Shown here one piece after another: positions 9,683 to 19,194 of a stretch of 64,000 nt of DNA (position 1 is the stretch's first letter; each line of letters opens with the position of its first letter). The stretch comes from Saprospiraceae bacterium. Lineage in GTDB: Bacteria; Bacteroidota; Bacteroidia; Chitinophagales; Saprospiraceae. The translations under genes were made by a program, and so were the position numbers. The DNA lies in NCBI GenBank assembly GCA_024762995.1, contig JANTGI010000001.1:29971-93970 (forward strand), read 5' to 3'. Under the pieces are notes generated by a model that was not told the DNA's origin, did no database searches, and saw only the letters and a list, made by a program, of their open reading frames with translations.

Positions 9683-11287
9683 TCATTTAATATTATAAGA
9701 AATGCCCAAGAAAATACCGGTCTGATATCTGTCAACAAGGGGCAACTGCGCACTTTCATTAATAATAAAAGTGTCATTCACCGCATAGCCTTCACCAAGT
9801 GTGCTCAATTTGGCACTCATTGCGCCAAAGGTAAGTACCATTCGGTTCGATTTGCCCAATAAAATGCTAGGCCCAATAAAAAATACGGGTGTTTTTATGC
9901 GCTGCTCAGTACCTAATGGCAGACCGGCTCCCAAGCTCAGTCCCAGCGAAGTATTGCCGGCACTTTGCCAATAGAAGTGCATAAAGCTGGTTAAAAATGG
10001 GGTGTGACTATCGGCTTTGTCAGCGTGGATAATGGAGTCACGGACATAGTAAGACAGTGGGCCGGTTTTGAATTTTCCAAAACTAATGCCACCGCTGATA
10101 TTGACCTTAATGCCCCCGGCCGTATTGACCCGAATAGGACTCATCGTCTTGATTTTCTTGGGCATTCCGACAATCGACGTGTCCTTGGGAATCAATGAAA
10201 TAGTAATATCCGCCAAGTCTTTTGTGACGGGAAGACGGATGATTTTGGAAAACGGTCGGTTGCTTATGGCTTCGTATTCATTACGTAATTCTAGGAGATG
10301 GTCGATTTGTTCTGCTTTGATGATTTCCGGCGAAATCTTGTCCACGTTTTGTAGGTAATTTTTGGTTTTTATTTCTACTAACTGACTGGTCTCCATGACT
10401 TTCGAAATCTCTTGAAGAAAAGTTCTTTTCAAATGTTCGCTTACGCCGACCGTATTAAAATTATTAGGGAAAAATTTAATTTCTTTCGCTTTTTGTAGAT
10501 AATTGTTTCGGATGGTTTTTAGTAATTCTATTTGGGTGGTGATTTTTTCTTTTGAGTTAAACTTAGATGTTAAACTATTGATATTCAAATCGCTAGGTGA
10601 CGTAACTTCTAAGCCGGCTTCTAAGTACTCCAGGGCCAGTTTCTTAATTACTTTTGGGGGTAGGTCGGGACGGAGTTTTAAACGGTTCACTTCATTAATG
10701 GCAAAAATTCTTGTTTTTCCGGCCACAATAGTTTGGTCCACCTGATCTATTATTTCTTTTAGTTGGGCTTCTATTTCCGTCAATTCTCCAATTAGTTGAT
10801 TAAACTCATCTGTGAGTCTGTTGTCGATTTCTTGTTGAGTGTTGATCTCCATGATTAGAATGGAATCGGGGAACTTTTCGTCTTTGGACTTTTCAGGCTC
10901 GACGCCGGGAGCTCGGACAGACCCCGCCGGTGATACAATGGGGATTTTGTTGTATTGTTGGGGGGGGAGATTCATGGAGCCGTATTGAGAAAGGAAGTCA
11001 GGAAAATTTGTAGAAGGGGTGAGCATTTTTTCAATTCCGCTACCTTTCGGAATGTCAATATCTCTGGCATCGACCGACACATCTGCATCAAATAGATAGT
11101 CATTGATATTCTCAAGGTGCAAGATGATCTGACGATTCATTATAGCCTTTGGTTTAGTGATGGTTTTGCCATTCATTTGATAGGATAAAATGGTGTCATG
11201 TTGGACATCGTAGTAAATGTTTAAATCTTGTGCATTGGTGATTTGCGCAAAAAGCGCAAGGGCGAAGGTGATAAGAAAATGTTTCAT
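9683..11287 (-). CDS. hypothetical secreted protein with a central coiled-coil-like region and beta-rich C-terminus
   Basis: 534 aa with a signal peptide (FALALFAQITNAQ). The middle is rich in heptad-like E/K/L/I/Q segments. The C-terminal part has alternating-hydrophobic strands (GIFLGISYNIK). Confidence 0.55.
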   Translation of the reverse strand: MKHFLITFALALFAQITNAQDLNIYYDVQHDTILSYQMNGKTITKPKAIMNRQIILHLENINDYLFDADVSVDARDIDIPKGSGIEKMLTPSTNFPDFLSQYGSMNLPPQQYNKIPIVSPAGSVRAPGVEPEKSKDEKFPDSILIMEINTQQEIDNRLTDEFNQLIGELTEIEAQLKEIIDQVDQTIVAGKTRIFAINEVNRLKLRPDLPPKVIKKLALEYLEAGLEVTSPSDLNINSLTSKFNSKEKITTQIELLKTIRNNYLQKAKEIKFFPNNFNTVGVSEHLKRTFLQEISKVMETSQLVEIKTKNYLQNVDKISPEIIKAEQIDHLLELRNEYEAISNRPFSKIIRLPVTKDLADITISLIPKDTSIVGMPKKIKTMSPIRVNTAGGIKVNISGGISFGKFKTGPLSYYVRDSIIHADKADSHTPFLTSFMHFYWQSAGNTSLGLSLGAGLPLGTEQRIKTPVFFIGPSILLGKSNRMVLTFGAMSAKLSTLGEGYAVNDTFIINESAQLPLVDRYQTGIFLGISYNIK

Positions 11288-11644
11288 TGTTTTTTGGTTT
11301 TGTTGATGGAAGAAAGCAGCAAGTGACTAGAAACTGGAGTTCAATGAATTTGAGCGGTTTTACTCCTAAATTTCTCCATTTATTCACGACTTTTGGAGAT
11401 TTTTGGTGTCCCATGAATATAATGGTTATGTCTGCGCTCTTAGTCTAGTTTAGTCCCAAATTTGTCAAAACGGGGCATCTAGTCACTTACGGAATTAACC
11501 TTGCGGTAAAATAGTGAAAAATATGTAGATTTTCAATAATATTGTCAGCTTTTTCCCCGAACTATTGATTTTACTAATCACCATAAAAAATACGAATTTT
11601 AACCGTTTTTACAGTATATTCAGTATTTGATCTCTTCTAAAAAT

Positions 11645-12712
11645 TTAAACCTTAAACTCCATCAAAAACTCCTTAATCGCCTCATCAAACTCCTCCTTTT
11701 GCCCAAACAAAAACTCCACGCCGGCTGGTAATATAAAGATGGGCATCTTGTGGTCAATAATATATTGGCGGTGGGCATCTAATCGAATAGCATCTTTTTC
11801 GGTGGTGATGTAGATTTTTTTGTCTCCTCCTACCTTGTGGAAAAGGGCTTGGATACTATCCATATCTTTTACGGTGAAGGGGTGATGATCTGCAAATTCA
11901 GCAATGAAAGTCTCCTTTACCAAGGATTCAAGGTGGTAAATAAGATAGTCGGGCTGGGCAATCCCACTAATCAATACAACCGTAAAATCTTTGGTTAGAT
12001 GAATTCTTTGGTTTCCATTGTACAAGTAGTACGGTGCACCATAGCCATACTTACTAAAAAACACTTTTTGGTGGGGGAGTGGTTGGATTTTTTTAAGATA
12101 TTTTTGGCGGTGTTGGTTGGTAATATCATCAGGGCATTTGGTGACGATGATGATGTCGGCACGTTGGCTTCCGGAGCGCCATTCCCGTAAATTTCCTGAA
12201 GGCAACAAAAAATCCTTGAAATAAGGTCTTTTGTAGGAGGTGAGTAGGATATTTAGGCTAGGTTTTACCGCAAGGTGTTGATAGGCATCATCCAGTAAGA
12301 TAGTTTGGATGTTAGGAGAATGTCCCATAATTTGGGGGATGGCCATCATTCGTTCTTCGCCTACAGTGACTAATACATCCTGAAACTTACGTTTAAATTG
12401 CAATGGTTCATCCCCAACTGATTCCGCGGTATCAGCGGATGTAACGATACGAAATCCATGCGTTTTGCGCCCATAACCCCGGCTCAAAGTAGCAATATCG
12501 AGATAAGGGCGGAGCAACATGATTAAATACTCCACGTGTGGACTTTTGCCCGTCCCTCCCGTAGAGAGATTGCCAACAGAAATAATAGGTACATCAAACT
12601 CCGCACGTTTGTAAGTTCCGGATTGATACAAAAAATGACGGACAGAGATACCAATGCCATAGAGCAAGGAAATTGGCGCAAGTAATATTTTGGCTACCCA
12701 GTTATTTCGCAT
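11645..12712 (-). CDS. lpxK: tetraacyldisaccharide 4'-kinase
   Basis: 355 aa. It has an N-terminal membrane helix and a P-loop (GNLSTGGTGKSP) in the LpxK-typical context. Confidence 0.9.
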   Translation of the reverse strand: MRNNWVAKILLAPISLLYGIGISVRHFLYQSGTYKRAEFDVPIISVGNLSTGGTGKSPHVEYLIMLLRPYLDIATLSRGYGRKTHGFRIVTSADTAESVGDEPLQFKRKFQDVLVTVGEERMMAIPQIMGHSPNIQTILLDDAYQHLAVKPSLNILLTSYKRPYFKDFLLPSGNLREWRSGSQRADIIIVTKCPDDITNQHRQKYLKKIQPLPHQKVFFSKYGYGAPYYLYNGNQRIHLTKDFTVVLISGIAQPDYLIYHLESLVKETFIAEFADHHPFTVKDMDSIQALFHKVGGDKKIYITTEKDAIRLDAHRQYIIDHKMPIFILPAGVEFLFGQKEEFDEAIKEFLMEFKV

Positions 12713-12782
12713 AATTAATCTTTCAATCTGCTTGACGCCCTAAGTGATAGCAGTAAGCAGGTTTGCGCAATTTTTTTCAAAC

Positions 12783-13069
12783 CACTAAGGACACCGAGGG
12801 CATGAATAGCCAAAATTTGCGAAAATCTGCGGAGTAATTTTTTTAAACACTAAGGCCACGAAGGCTGCTTCACTAAGAGACACTAAGAAATCCACACCCT
12901 TAATCTCTTTTCCTGTAAGTCCAGCTTACCAATCTCTCCGCGAGCCTACCTAATCGGTAGGCAGGCTACGAGCTTAGCAATCTGGTATCCTAAACTTCTA
13001 AACTCCTAAACAGCCCCTGAAAATACAAAATCTTCATATATCTGCGGAGAAAATCTGCGTATATCTGCG
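12783..13069. repeat. cluster of short direct word repeats and a hairpin in a 400-bp spacer
   Basis: CACTAAG occurs 4 times (12783, 12848, 12871, 12881). ATCTGCG occurs 4 times (12825, 13040, 13053, 13063). CTAAAC occurs 3 times (about 12989-13011). A hairpin GCCTACC-TAATC-GGTAGGC is at 12944-12962. Confidence 0.7.
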
Positions 13070-13112
13070 AGAAATTCTTTAACAATATCCCCAAACGCGT
13101 AAACTCCCAAAA

Positions 13113-13820
13113 CTAATCCTCCTTCACCAAAAACCGAAATCCCACCCCTCGCACATTCTCAATTTTAATACCGTCATCCTTCTTCAAATATTTGCGTAAG
13201 CGGGTAATGAAAACGTCCATGCTCCTCCCCAAGAAGTAATCATCTTCCCCCCAAAGAGCCAAAAGAATGTCAGACCGTTTGACCAATTGATTCTGATGCT
13301 TCGAAAAAAACATCAGTAAATCGGCTTCTTTTTGCGTAAGCGAAGACTCCTCGCCATCCTGGATAACCATCAGATTATCATAGTCAAAATCATAGCTTCT
13401 GAGCTTGATCAGCTCTCCCTTGCTATGCAAAACCGGGCTTTTGGAGCGTCTCAAGAAAATCTCAATCTTCAACAAAAGCTCTTCCATGTTGAATGGCTTA
13501 GTGATGTAATCGTCTCCACCAAGGCGCAGACCATGCAACTTGTCATCTTTTAAGGACTTTGCAGTCAAAAAGATAATGGGCATCAAAACATTCTTTTCCC
13601 GGATCTTTTTGGCGACTTCAAAACCGTCAATATGGGGCAACATGACATCCAAAATGGCTAAGTCAAAATTCCCTTTCTTAAAAGCGGATAAGGCTTCTTT
13701 GCCATCGGCGGCATAAGTTATCTTATAACCCGCAAGTTCCAGATTATCTTTAGTTACGAAGCTCAAAGCTTCATCATCTTCAACGTATAGTAAGTGTGCT
13801 TTATGTCCTTTTTCGGCCAT
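13113..13820 (-). CDS. OmpR/PhoB-type response regulator (receiver plus winged-helix DNA-binding domain)
   Basis: 235 aa. The receiver has an acidic pocket (YVEDDE) and a phospho-acceptor context (LAILDVMLP). The C-terminal trans_reg_C-like domain contains RLRKYL and VRGVGFRF. Confidence 0.9.
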   Translation of the reverse strand: MAEKGHKAHLLYVEDDEALSFVTKDNLELAGYKITYAADGKEALSAFKKGNFDLAILDVMLPHIDGFEVAKKIREKNVLMPIIFLTAKSLKDDKLHGLRLGGDDYITKPFNMEELLLKIEIFLRRSKSPVLHSKGELIKLRSYDFDYDNLMVIQDGEESSLTQKEADLLMFFSKHQNQLVKRSDILLALWGEDDYFLGRSMDVFITRLRKYLKKDDGIKIENVRGVGFRFLVKED

Positions 13821-13920
13821 GATCTATTTATTTAGTGTTCACATGAGTGGCTAAAGTACAACATCCTTACGGAAAAAGAGTTGTTTTGTCCCAAAAAAGT
13901 AACGGAAGTATTATTTCGGC

Positions 13921-15366
13921 TTAAGGCGCAGCTCGTATGACGGTCTTTTCCTTAATCCAACATGGTATATTAAAGCTTTGTCCTTCTTTTAACCCACGCT
14001 GGAAGATGTCTTCTTTGCTTGGCATGAATTGACGGTAGCGGTTGATGAGCTTGTTGGCTTCTTTGGCTACGCTCGAATCAACTGACTTGGCTTTTTTCCA
14101 CATGTCGATGGCCGGCCAAGTGACGATTTGGCTATCCCAACCGGTGCCGGGACCACATAAAGGCCCACTGGATGCATAAAGCCGACCGATAAGCATGTAT
14201 GCGGCACCCATGTTTGGCTGGTATTTTAGCGCTTGGCGGGCATATTGTCTGGATTTATAGAATTTTTTGAGATAAGAAAAATAGATTTTGGCATTGATTA
14301 AAGCGTATTTGGCTTTTTTGGCCGGGTCATTTTCTTCCGAAATGGCTTGGTCGAATAAATCAACGGCTTCTCGATAGCGACCGTCCCGTAGGGCTAAGTA
14401 GGCTTTTGATGCGGTGCCGACTTCTGCGGTTGGGGCTTGACAGTTGGTGGCATAGGCTTGGGATATTTTGGCAAAATCCGGGTCGGTCTGTGGCATTCCG
14501 CCCCAATTAAACCGGCTAAAAACCATCATGATGGAATCACAATTGGTAGGATTGCGCTCAAAAGTACCGAGATATTTCTTCTTGTAATAGTCCCCATCGT
14601 AAAATCCTTTGACTCCTTCCAACTCTTCTAGGCGGGCAGGAGCGTAACTAGCGACGATCTTATAGCTTTCGGCTTCGTCTCCTTTTAGCCCGTTTTCGAT
14701 GATGGTTGGGATGAGTTTGGCCATTTTTTGAGCTTCAGCTTGGGGGATTTCCTGTTTCAGGTAAAGATCAATCATCAGGGCGGTAAAAGGATTAATGACA
14801 AAAGCCGCAGTTTTGTTACCGTCTATATCGATAGATTTTTTGAGATAATTGTACTTCTCCAAGTCGGTGGCATGATTGGGAAAATTATAATACAGGTCAA
14901 ATCCCAAAAGCCCATTAAAATAGCCTTCGTCTCCATAGCAATCCATGGCTTCTTGGTAGAGCTTTTTGATGGTATTGACATACGCCCGTTGCTTAGTCGT
15001 GTCTTGAGTTTGGTTATAAAAATTGATATTAAACTCGACCCCATCCAAAAAGACAGTTTTGCGCATACCATCTGCTGCCGGTGCCTTTTCATAGACTTTT
15101 TGCCAAAGTTCATAAGCGCCATCCATATCCTTATTTTTTAGGCGATTACGGTAGATAACATAGGTATTTTCTATCTGTTCTTTTTCTGCGTAAGGAAGGT
15201 CATCCCATTTTACACATCCCGGTTTTGATAGGTATTTTTTGGGTGGTTTGGGTGGCTCCGGTGGTTCCGGAATAGACGTTGATTCTGATACGACCGGCTT
15301 AGTGGAAGAGCAGTCGGAAAAAAATAGACCCAAGAATAGAACGGAAAAGAGCAGTAATTTTTTCAT
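13921..15366 (-). CDS. TPR-like helical-repeat lipoprotein (paralog 1)
   Basis: Start set at MKKLLLFSVLFLGLFFSDCSS (signal plus Cys). The body is helical-repeat, TPR-like. It shares the motifs VIYR, APAADG, PSVA-EANK and C-terminal CWI with the upstream gene 15595-16968. Confidence 0.65.
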   Translation of the reverse strand: MKKLLLFSVLFLGLFFSDCSSTKPVVSESTSIPEPPEPPKPPKKYLSKPGCVKWDDLPYAEKEQIENTYVIYRNRLKNKDMDGAYELWQKVYEKAPAADGMRKTVFLDGVEFNINFYNQTQDTTKQRAYVNTIKKLYQEAMDCYGDEGYFNGLLGFDLYYNFPNHATDLEKYNYLKKSIDIDGNKTAAFVINPFTALMIDLYLKQEIPQAEAQKMAKLIPTIIENGLKGDEAESYKIVASYAPARLEELEGVKGFYDGDYYKKKYLGTFERNPTNCDSIMMVFSRFNWGGMPQTDPDFAKISQAYATNCQAPTAEVGTASKAYLALRDGRYREAVDLFDQAISEENDPAKKAKYALINAKIYFSYLKKFYKSRQYARQALKYQPNMGAAYMLIGRLYASSGPLCGPGTGWDSQIVTWPAIDMWKKAKSVDSSVAKEANKLINRYRQFMPSKEDIFQRGLKEGQSFNIPCWIKEKTVIRAAP

Positions 15367-15543
15367 TGTGAAAATTTTTATTTCGGTAAAATTACAAATT
15401 TTTTTGTATTTGGTATTGCCTACAAAACAAGAAATACCTTTAGAGATAGATGCGTCGAAATCGTATTTTGGCGTAAGACATCTACCCTCGTAGGTTGGTT
15501 TCGATGTACTTTGGTCAACTTCAGTGGCGGTTTTGAACAAAAT

Positions 15544-15581
15544 AAAAAAAAGCCCTGCAATTTTGTTGCAGGGCTTTTTTT
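15544..15581 (-). terminator. rho-independent terminator hairpin
   Basis: AGCCCTGCAA-TTTTG-TTGCAGGGCT is flanked by an A-run and a T-run. It lies immediately downstream of the stop of gene 15595-16968 on the minus strand. Confidence 0.75.
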
Positions 15582-15594
15582 ATGGATCAAGAAT

Positions 15595-16968
15595 TTAATT
15601 GACTCTTAGTTTCACGGTTTCTCCGATCCAGCATTTTACTTTAACAGTATTGCCGGGGTGCAATCCACGCATATGTGCTTCACCTTTGTCGGGGAAGTGT
15701 TTGCGATAGCTACCGATTTTTTTATTCGCTTCGCTAGCCACACTAGGGTCGATTGATTTGGCGTATGCCCATTTGTCCACGGCTGCGATAATGGCCAATC
15801 GAGACTCAAAGGCATCTCCACAATTTTTGCTGGTTTTAGCATATAAATCACCGATAAGCATGTATGGTTTACCCCATCCGCTGTGCAGTTTAGCGGCATG
15901 TAGTGCATCCGCTCTAGCCTTGGAGTATTGTCCTAATTTTCTGCCTTCGATAGAAGCCAAGGACATGTAGTAAGAAGCCTTTTTCATGTTGTCCGTTTCT
16001 TTATCAATGGCTTCTTCGTATTTGGCTGCTGCTTCGCGATATTGTCCGGATTTGTATAACTTACTGGCAACCACCGCAGGATTGTTGGCATCAAATTCAG
16101 CTTGCTTCTCGGCATTGATTTGGGCAGCATATTTGTCATATTTTGCTGCTAATTGAGCAATGTCCGGATCATCCTTGGTGCAACCATGTTGGATAAGGTC
16201 CTTATAAGTGGATTTGATTAACTCAAAATTATCGGGATCTGCATTGTAAGCAGGCATCAATTTTTCCTTGAAATAGTCACAATCAAAGATATAGTCCTCG
16301 ATAGCCACGAAGGAAGCCTTGGTATCATCCTTTGTTTTTTGCCAGCTAGCAGCTTCAGTCTTATTGTTTTTGATGTTCAAGTCTGCAATTTCCATCATCT
16401 TTTGATAGGCTTGGCGGGCTTGTTCTTTAGTGACTTGCTTCAACGGAAATAGGTAGAGTACCGCTTCTGTCAGTGGATAATACACAATGTATTCTGATTT
16501 TTCACCACCTAATTCTAGTGCTTTCATACCCGCATCAAAAATTTCTTTTCGTGGGGCATTGACCGTGTACAATAAGTCGTAAGCCTTACGACCATAAGCA
16601 TAGCTGGCTTCATTAGGATAGCACTGTGCCATTTGGTCGTATAGTTCTTTGATTTTGTTGGCATATTCTGCCTTTTTAGCCTCGTCGGTTTCTTCTGCGA
16701 AAAAGCTTTTATAGATTTCTACACCATCCGTAAATTGAGTAGAGCGCTGACCGTCTGCCGCGGGCGCGACATCAAATACTTTTTTCCAGATAGGGAAAGC
16801 GGCTTTGTAGTCTTTCTTTTTGATGTGTTGGCGGTAGATTACGTGATTATTTACTGCTTCGTCTTTGTTAGGTGCTTGCGCAAAAGTCCCACATTGGGCA
16901 ATACTTTGCGTGATGCTCGCAAAAACAAACAGAACAATAAACAAGAATGCTGTTTTCGTCTTTGTCAT
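15595..16968 (-). CDS. TPR-like helical-repeat protein (paralog 2)
   Basis: Start set at MTKTKTAFLFIVLFVFASITQSIAQCG (signal peptide). It is paralogous to 13921-15366 over its whole length. Its start lies 2 nt after the stop of the upstream barrel gene. Confidence 0.65.
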   Translation of the reverse strand: MTKTKTAFLFIVLFVFASITQSIAQCGTFAQAPNKDEAVNNHVIYRQHIKKKDYKAAFPIWKKVFDVAPAADGQRSTQFTDGVEIYKSFFAEETDEAKKAEYANKIKELYDQMAQCYPNEASYAYGRKAYDLLYTVNAPRKEIFDAGMKALELGGEKSEYIVYYPLTEAVLYLFPLKQVTKEQARQAYQKMMEIADLNIKNNKTEAASWQKTKDDTKASFVAIEDYIFDCDYFKEKLMPAYNADPDNFELIKSTYKDLIQHGCTKDDPDIAQLAAKYDKYAAQINAEKQAEFDANNPAVVASKLYKSGQYREAAAKYEEAIDKETDNMKKASYYMSLASIEGRKLGQYSKARADALHAAKLHSGWGKPYMLIGDLYAKTSKNCGDAFESRLAIIAAVDKWAYAKSIDPSVASEANKKIGSYRKHFPDKGEAHMRGLHPGNTVKVKCWIGETVKLRVN

Positions 16969-16970
16969 TT

Positions 16971-18290
16971 TTAGTAGTATTTTTGTTTGAAAAACCATGA
17001 TTTATCGGTTAGGCTAAAACTCATTGAAATCTTTACGTAAGTTTGGTCTAAATCAGACGGTATGCCTTCTCTACCAATTTCCAAACCTAGATTTACGAAA
17101 GAAATATCCTGTCTAGGTATAATAACGGGGAATCCTCCGCCAATCGTTATTCCATAGCGCCGGATTTGCGAATCATTAACAAATCTTGGATCTTTACCAT
17201 AGAAGGCACCCGCCCTGAATGCCATCTTTTTCCAGTAACTATCATAGGCCTTTAGATTCGGTAATTTCTCGTAACCCATTGAAAATTTACTGCTACGACC
17301 CATTTTATCATCTCGAAAACCCCGAGAGAAATCACTCCAATTGGATCCTTCATAATTGATGCCAACCCTGTATAATCCTTTGAAGGCATAGCCTACTCCT
17401 AACGCATAAAGCATTGGATGTTTTGGGGTATATTGGGCTTCATCGGCATAAAATATGGAGTCTTTTATGCCAAAAGCGTTGCTGATTCGATTGATTTGCT
17501 CATTGACCGTTGTTTTAATTTTAAAACCAGGCTGAACATAGCCGCCTAGAGTTAATCGGTCTCCTCGCAATCCATTTTCCTTAGTCTTATCCTTAAAGTG
17601 ATAATCCCATATACCGCCTAGCTTAAGATTGGTGCCCTTGTAGCTATAGTCGGTAATGTACTCATTGTTGTAAAAATGAAAAATGGTATCATTAAATTGA
17701 TTGAATTGTGTCTCTGATACCTTTCCTAGCAAGAAACCCCAATTGACACCAAAAGCAAAATTCTTATACTTTGCCGCATTTGACCAGTTCACTTGATAAG
17801 AGCCACCTTCTCCGGCAAATTCATAGTTGACTGTTATATCATCTTTGGTGGTCGTATTGTTGACATCATATCCAACCCTTGTGTAAGGCGAAAGTCCAAT
17901 ACCCATCCCAAATCTCCAATCACTTTTGCGTCCTTCTAATTCACGGTTGTAGTCATTGACCAGAGAAACGCCAAGGTTGATATTGTCTAAGCCACCGGCC
18001 CAGTTATTGATTTGGTCTTTCGGGGACTTGATGGTATAATTTTGTGCATGGACACCGATATCAAAAGAAGTGGCCCCCAAAAAGGCAAATGAAGCCGGAT
18101 TGACAGGGTTGAGGTTGTTACGGTCATGATATATAGCGGATAGTCCCCCCAATGAGCGGGAAGATAGTACTTCGCCGGACTGAAAATTTCCTAATCCAAT
18201 TCTGGAATAGGGAGATTGGATTTGCGGCTGGCAAAAAGCAACAGTAGGTACTAATAGACCAAAGATGAAAAAGAATTTCTTTATGTTCAT
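16971..18290 (-). CDS. outer-membrane beta-barrel protein (FadL/PorV-like topology, uncharacterised)
   Basis: 439 aa with a signal peptide (LLVPTVAFCQ). The N-terminal motif SPYSRIGLGN...NPVNPAS resembles FadL/PorV-type barrels. Beta-strand periodicity is present and the C-terminus is aromatic (KQKYY). Confidence 0.6.
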   Translation of the reverse strand: MNIKKFFFIFGLLVPTVAFCQPQIQSPYSRIGLGNFQSGEVLSSRSLGGLSAIYHDRNNLNPVNPASFAFLGATSFDIGVHAQNYTIKSPKDQINNWAGGLDNINLGVSLVNDYNRELEGRKSDWRFGMGIGLSPYTRVGYDVNNTTTKDDITVNYEFAGEGGSYQVNWSNAAKYKNFAFGVNWGFLLGKVSETQFNQFNDTIFHFYNNEYITDYSYKGTNLKLGGIWDYHFKDKTKENGLRGDRLTLGGYVQPGFKIKTTVNEQINRISNAFGIKDSIFYADEAQYTPKHPMLYALGVGYAFKGLYRVGINYEGSNWSDFSRGFRDDKMGRSSKFSMGYEKLPNLKAYDSYWKKMAFRAGAFYGKDPRFVNDSQIRRYGITIGGGFPVIIPRQDISFVNLGLEIGREGIPSDLDQTYVKISMSFSLTDKSWFFKQKYY

Positions 18291-18365
18291 TCAAAGTTTT
18301 TTCAAAACGACCAACCGGTTAAGGTTCGCCAAATAGTATTGCTACATCACAACACAGTTAATTTT

Positions 18366-19094
18366 CTAAGCTTTCGCAAAATAATTATAGGCGTAAATGC
18401 TATACAATCCTGTCAAAACAAGATTTTGATGGACAAAGGTCTTAAATTTTAAGTTCTTAGCCAAAAAAATAGCATCCCCTCCTGTAAGAATAGTGCTTGT
18501 CTGTCCCATCTTGAGTTGAATACGTCGTCGAAAGTCGGTGATTTCCATCAAACTGCCGCGGACAGCACCGTTTTGAAGTGCTGTTTTTGTGCTGGTACCT
18601 ATCAATTCTTTCGGCAAAGATAAAGAAACTATCGGTAATTTAGCAGTAAATTCGTGCATGGCCTGTAATCTCATCTTCAGACCCGGGGCAATATTGCCCC
18701 CTAGGTATGTGCCATCTTCGGACAATACTTCGTAAGTAAGGCAAGTGCCGGCATCAACAATTAGTAGGTTTTGGCCGGGAAGCAACCAATGTGCCCCGCA
18801 TACTGCCGCCATCCGATCCCGACCTAAGGTCTGTGGGGTCGTATATTTGGACTGTATGGGAATGGGAGTTTTATGGGTCAACTCAAGCTGGTGTTCAAAT
18901 CCTTTGATTTGAGCCATGATAACGTCGGATATATTTCCTGTCGCACTATAAATGACCGATTTAACAGAATATTTTTTGATTATTCGGGATGGGATGGATG
19001 CTTCTGATAAGACATCTTGCCATAAGAGTTCGCCCTTGCGGTCAAAAATGCCGTATTTTACGGAAGTATTACCTATGTCAATGGCCAGTAGCAT
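18366..19094 (-). CDS. coaX: type III pantothenate kinase
   Basis: 242 aa. It has the N-terminal ASKHA-fold phosphate-1 motif LLAIDIGNTSVKYG and an IVDAGT motif. Confidence 0.9.
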   Translation of the reverse strand: MLLAIDIGNTSVKYGIFDRKGELLWQDVLSEASIPSRIIKKYSVKSVIYSATGNISDVIMAQIKGFEHQLELTHKTPIPIQSKYTTPQTLGRDRMAAVCGAHWLLPGQNLLIVDAGTCLTYEVLSEDGTYLGGNIAPGLKMRLQAMHEFTAKLPIVSLSLPKELIGTSTKTALQNGAVRGSLMEITDFRRRIQLKMGQTSTILTGGDAIFLAKNLKFKTFVHQNLVLTGLYSIYAYNYFAKA

Positions 19095-19194
19095 ATGAAA
19101 ATGGTTTAAAGTACTCCGGGAATAATTCTTTGGTTAAATACATAGGATTATCGTGGTCGCTAAAACCTATGGGTTGGAGTGGTTGAGTGGATAA

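Noticed and set aside
11300-11335. GGAAGAAAGCAGC string reminiscent of the SRP RNA domain IV
   Set aside because: It lacks the flanking conserved CAGGTCCGG element and the symmetric-loop helix. It is an isolated weak match.
12783-13069. Short direct repeats considered as a possible CRISPR array
   Set aside because: The repeat words are only 6-7 nt with irregular spacing of 3-60 nt. There are no 25-40-nt repeats with unique spacers, and no cas genes are nearby.
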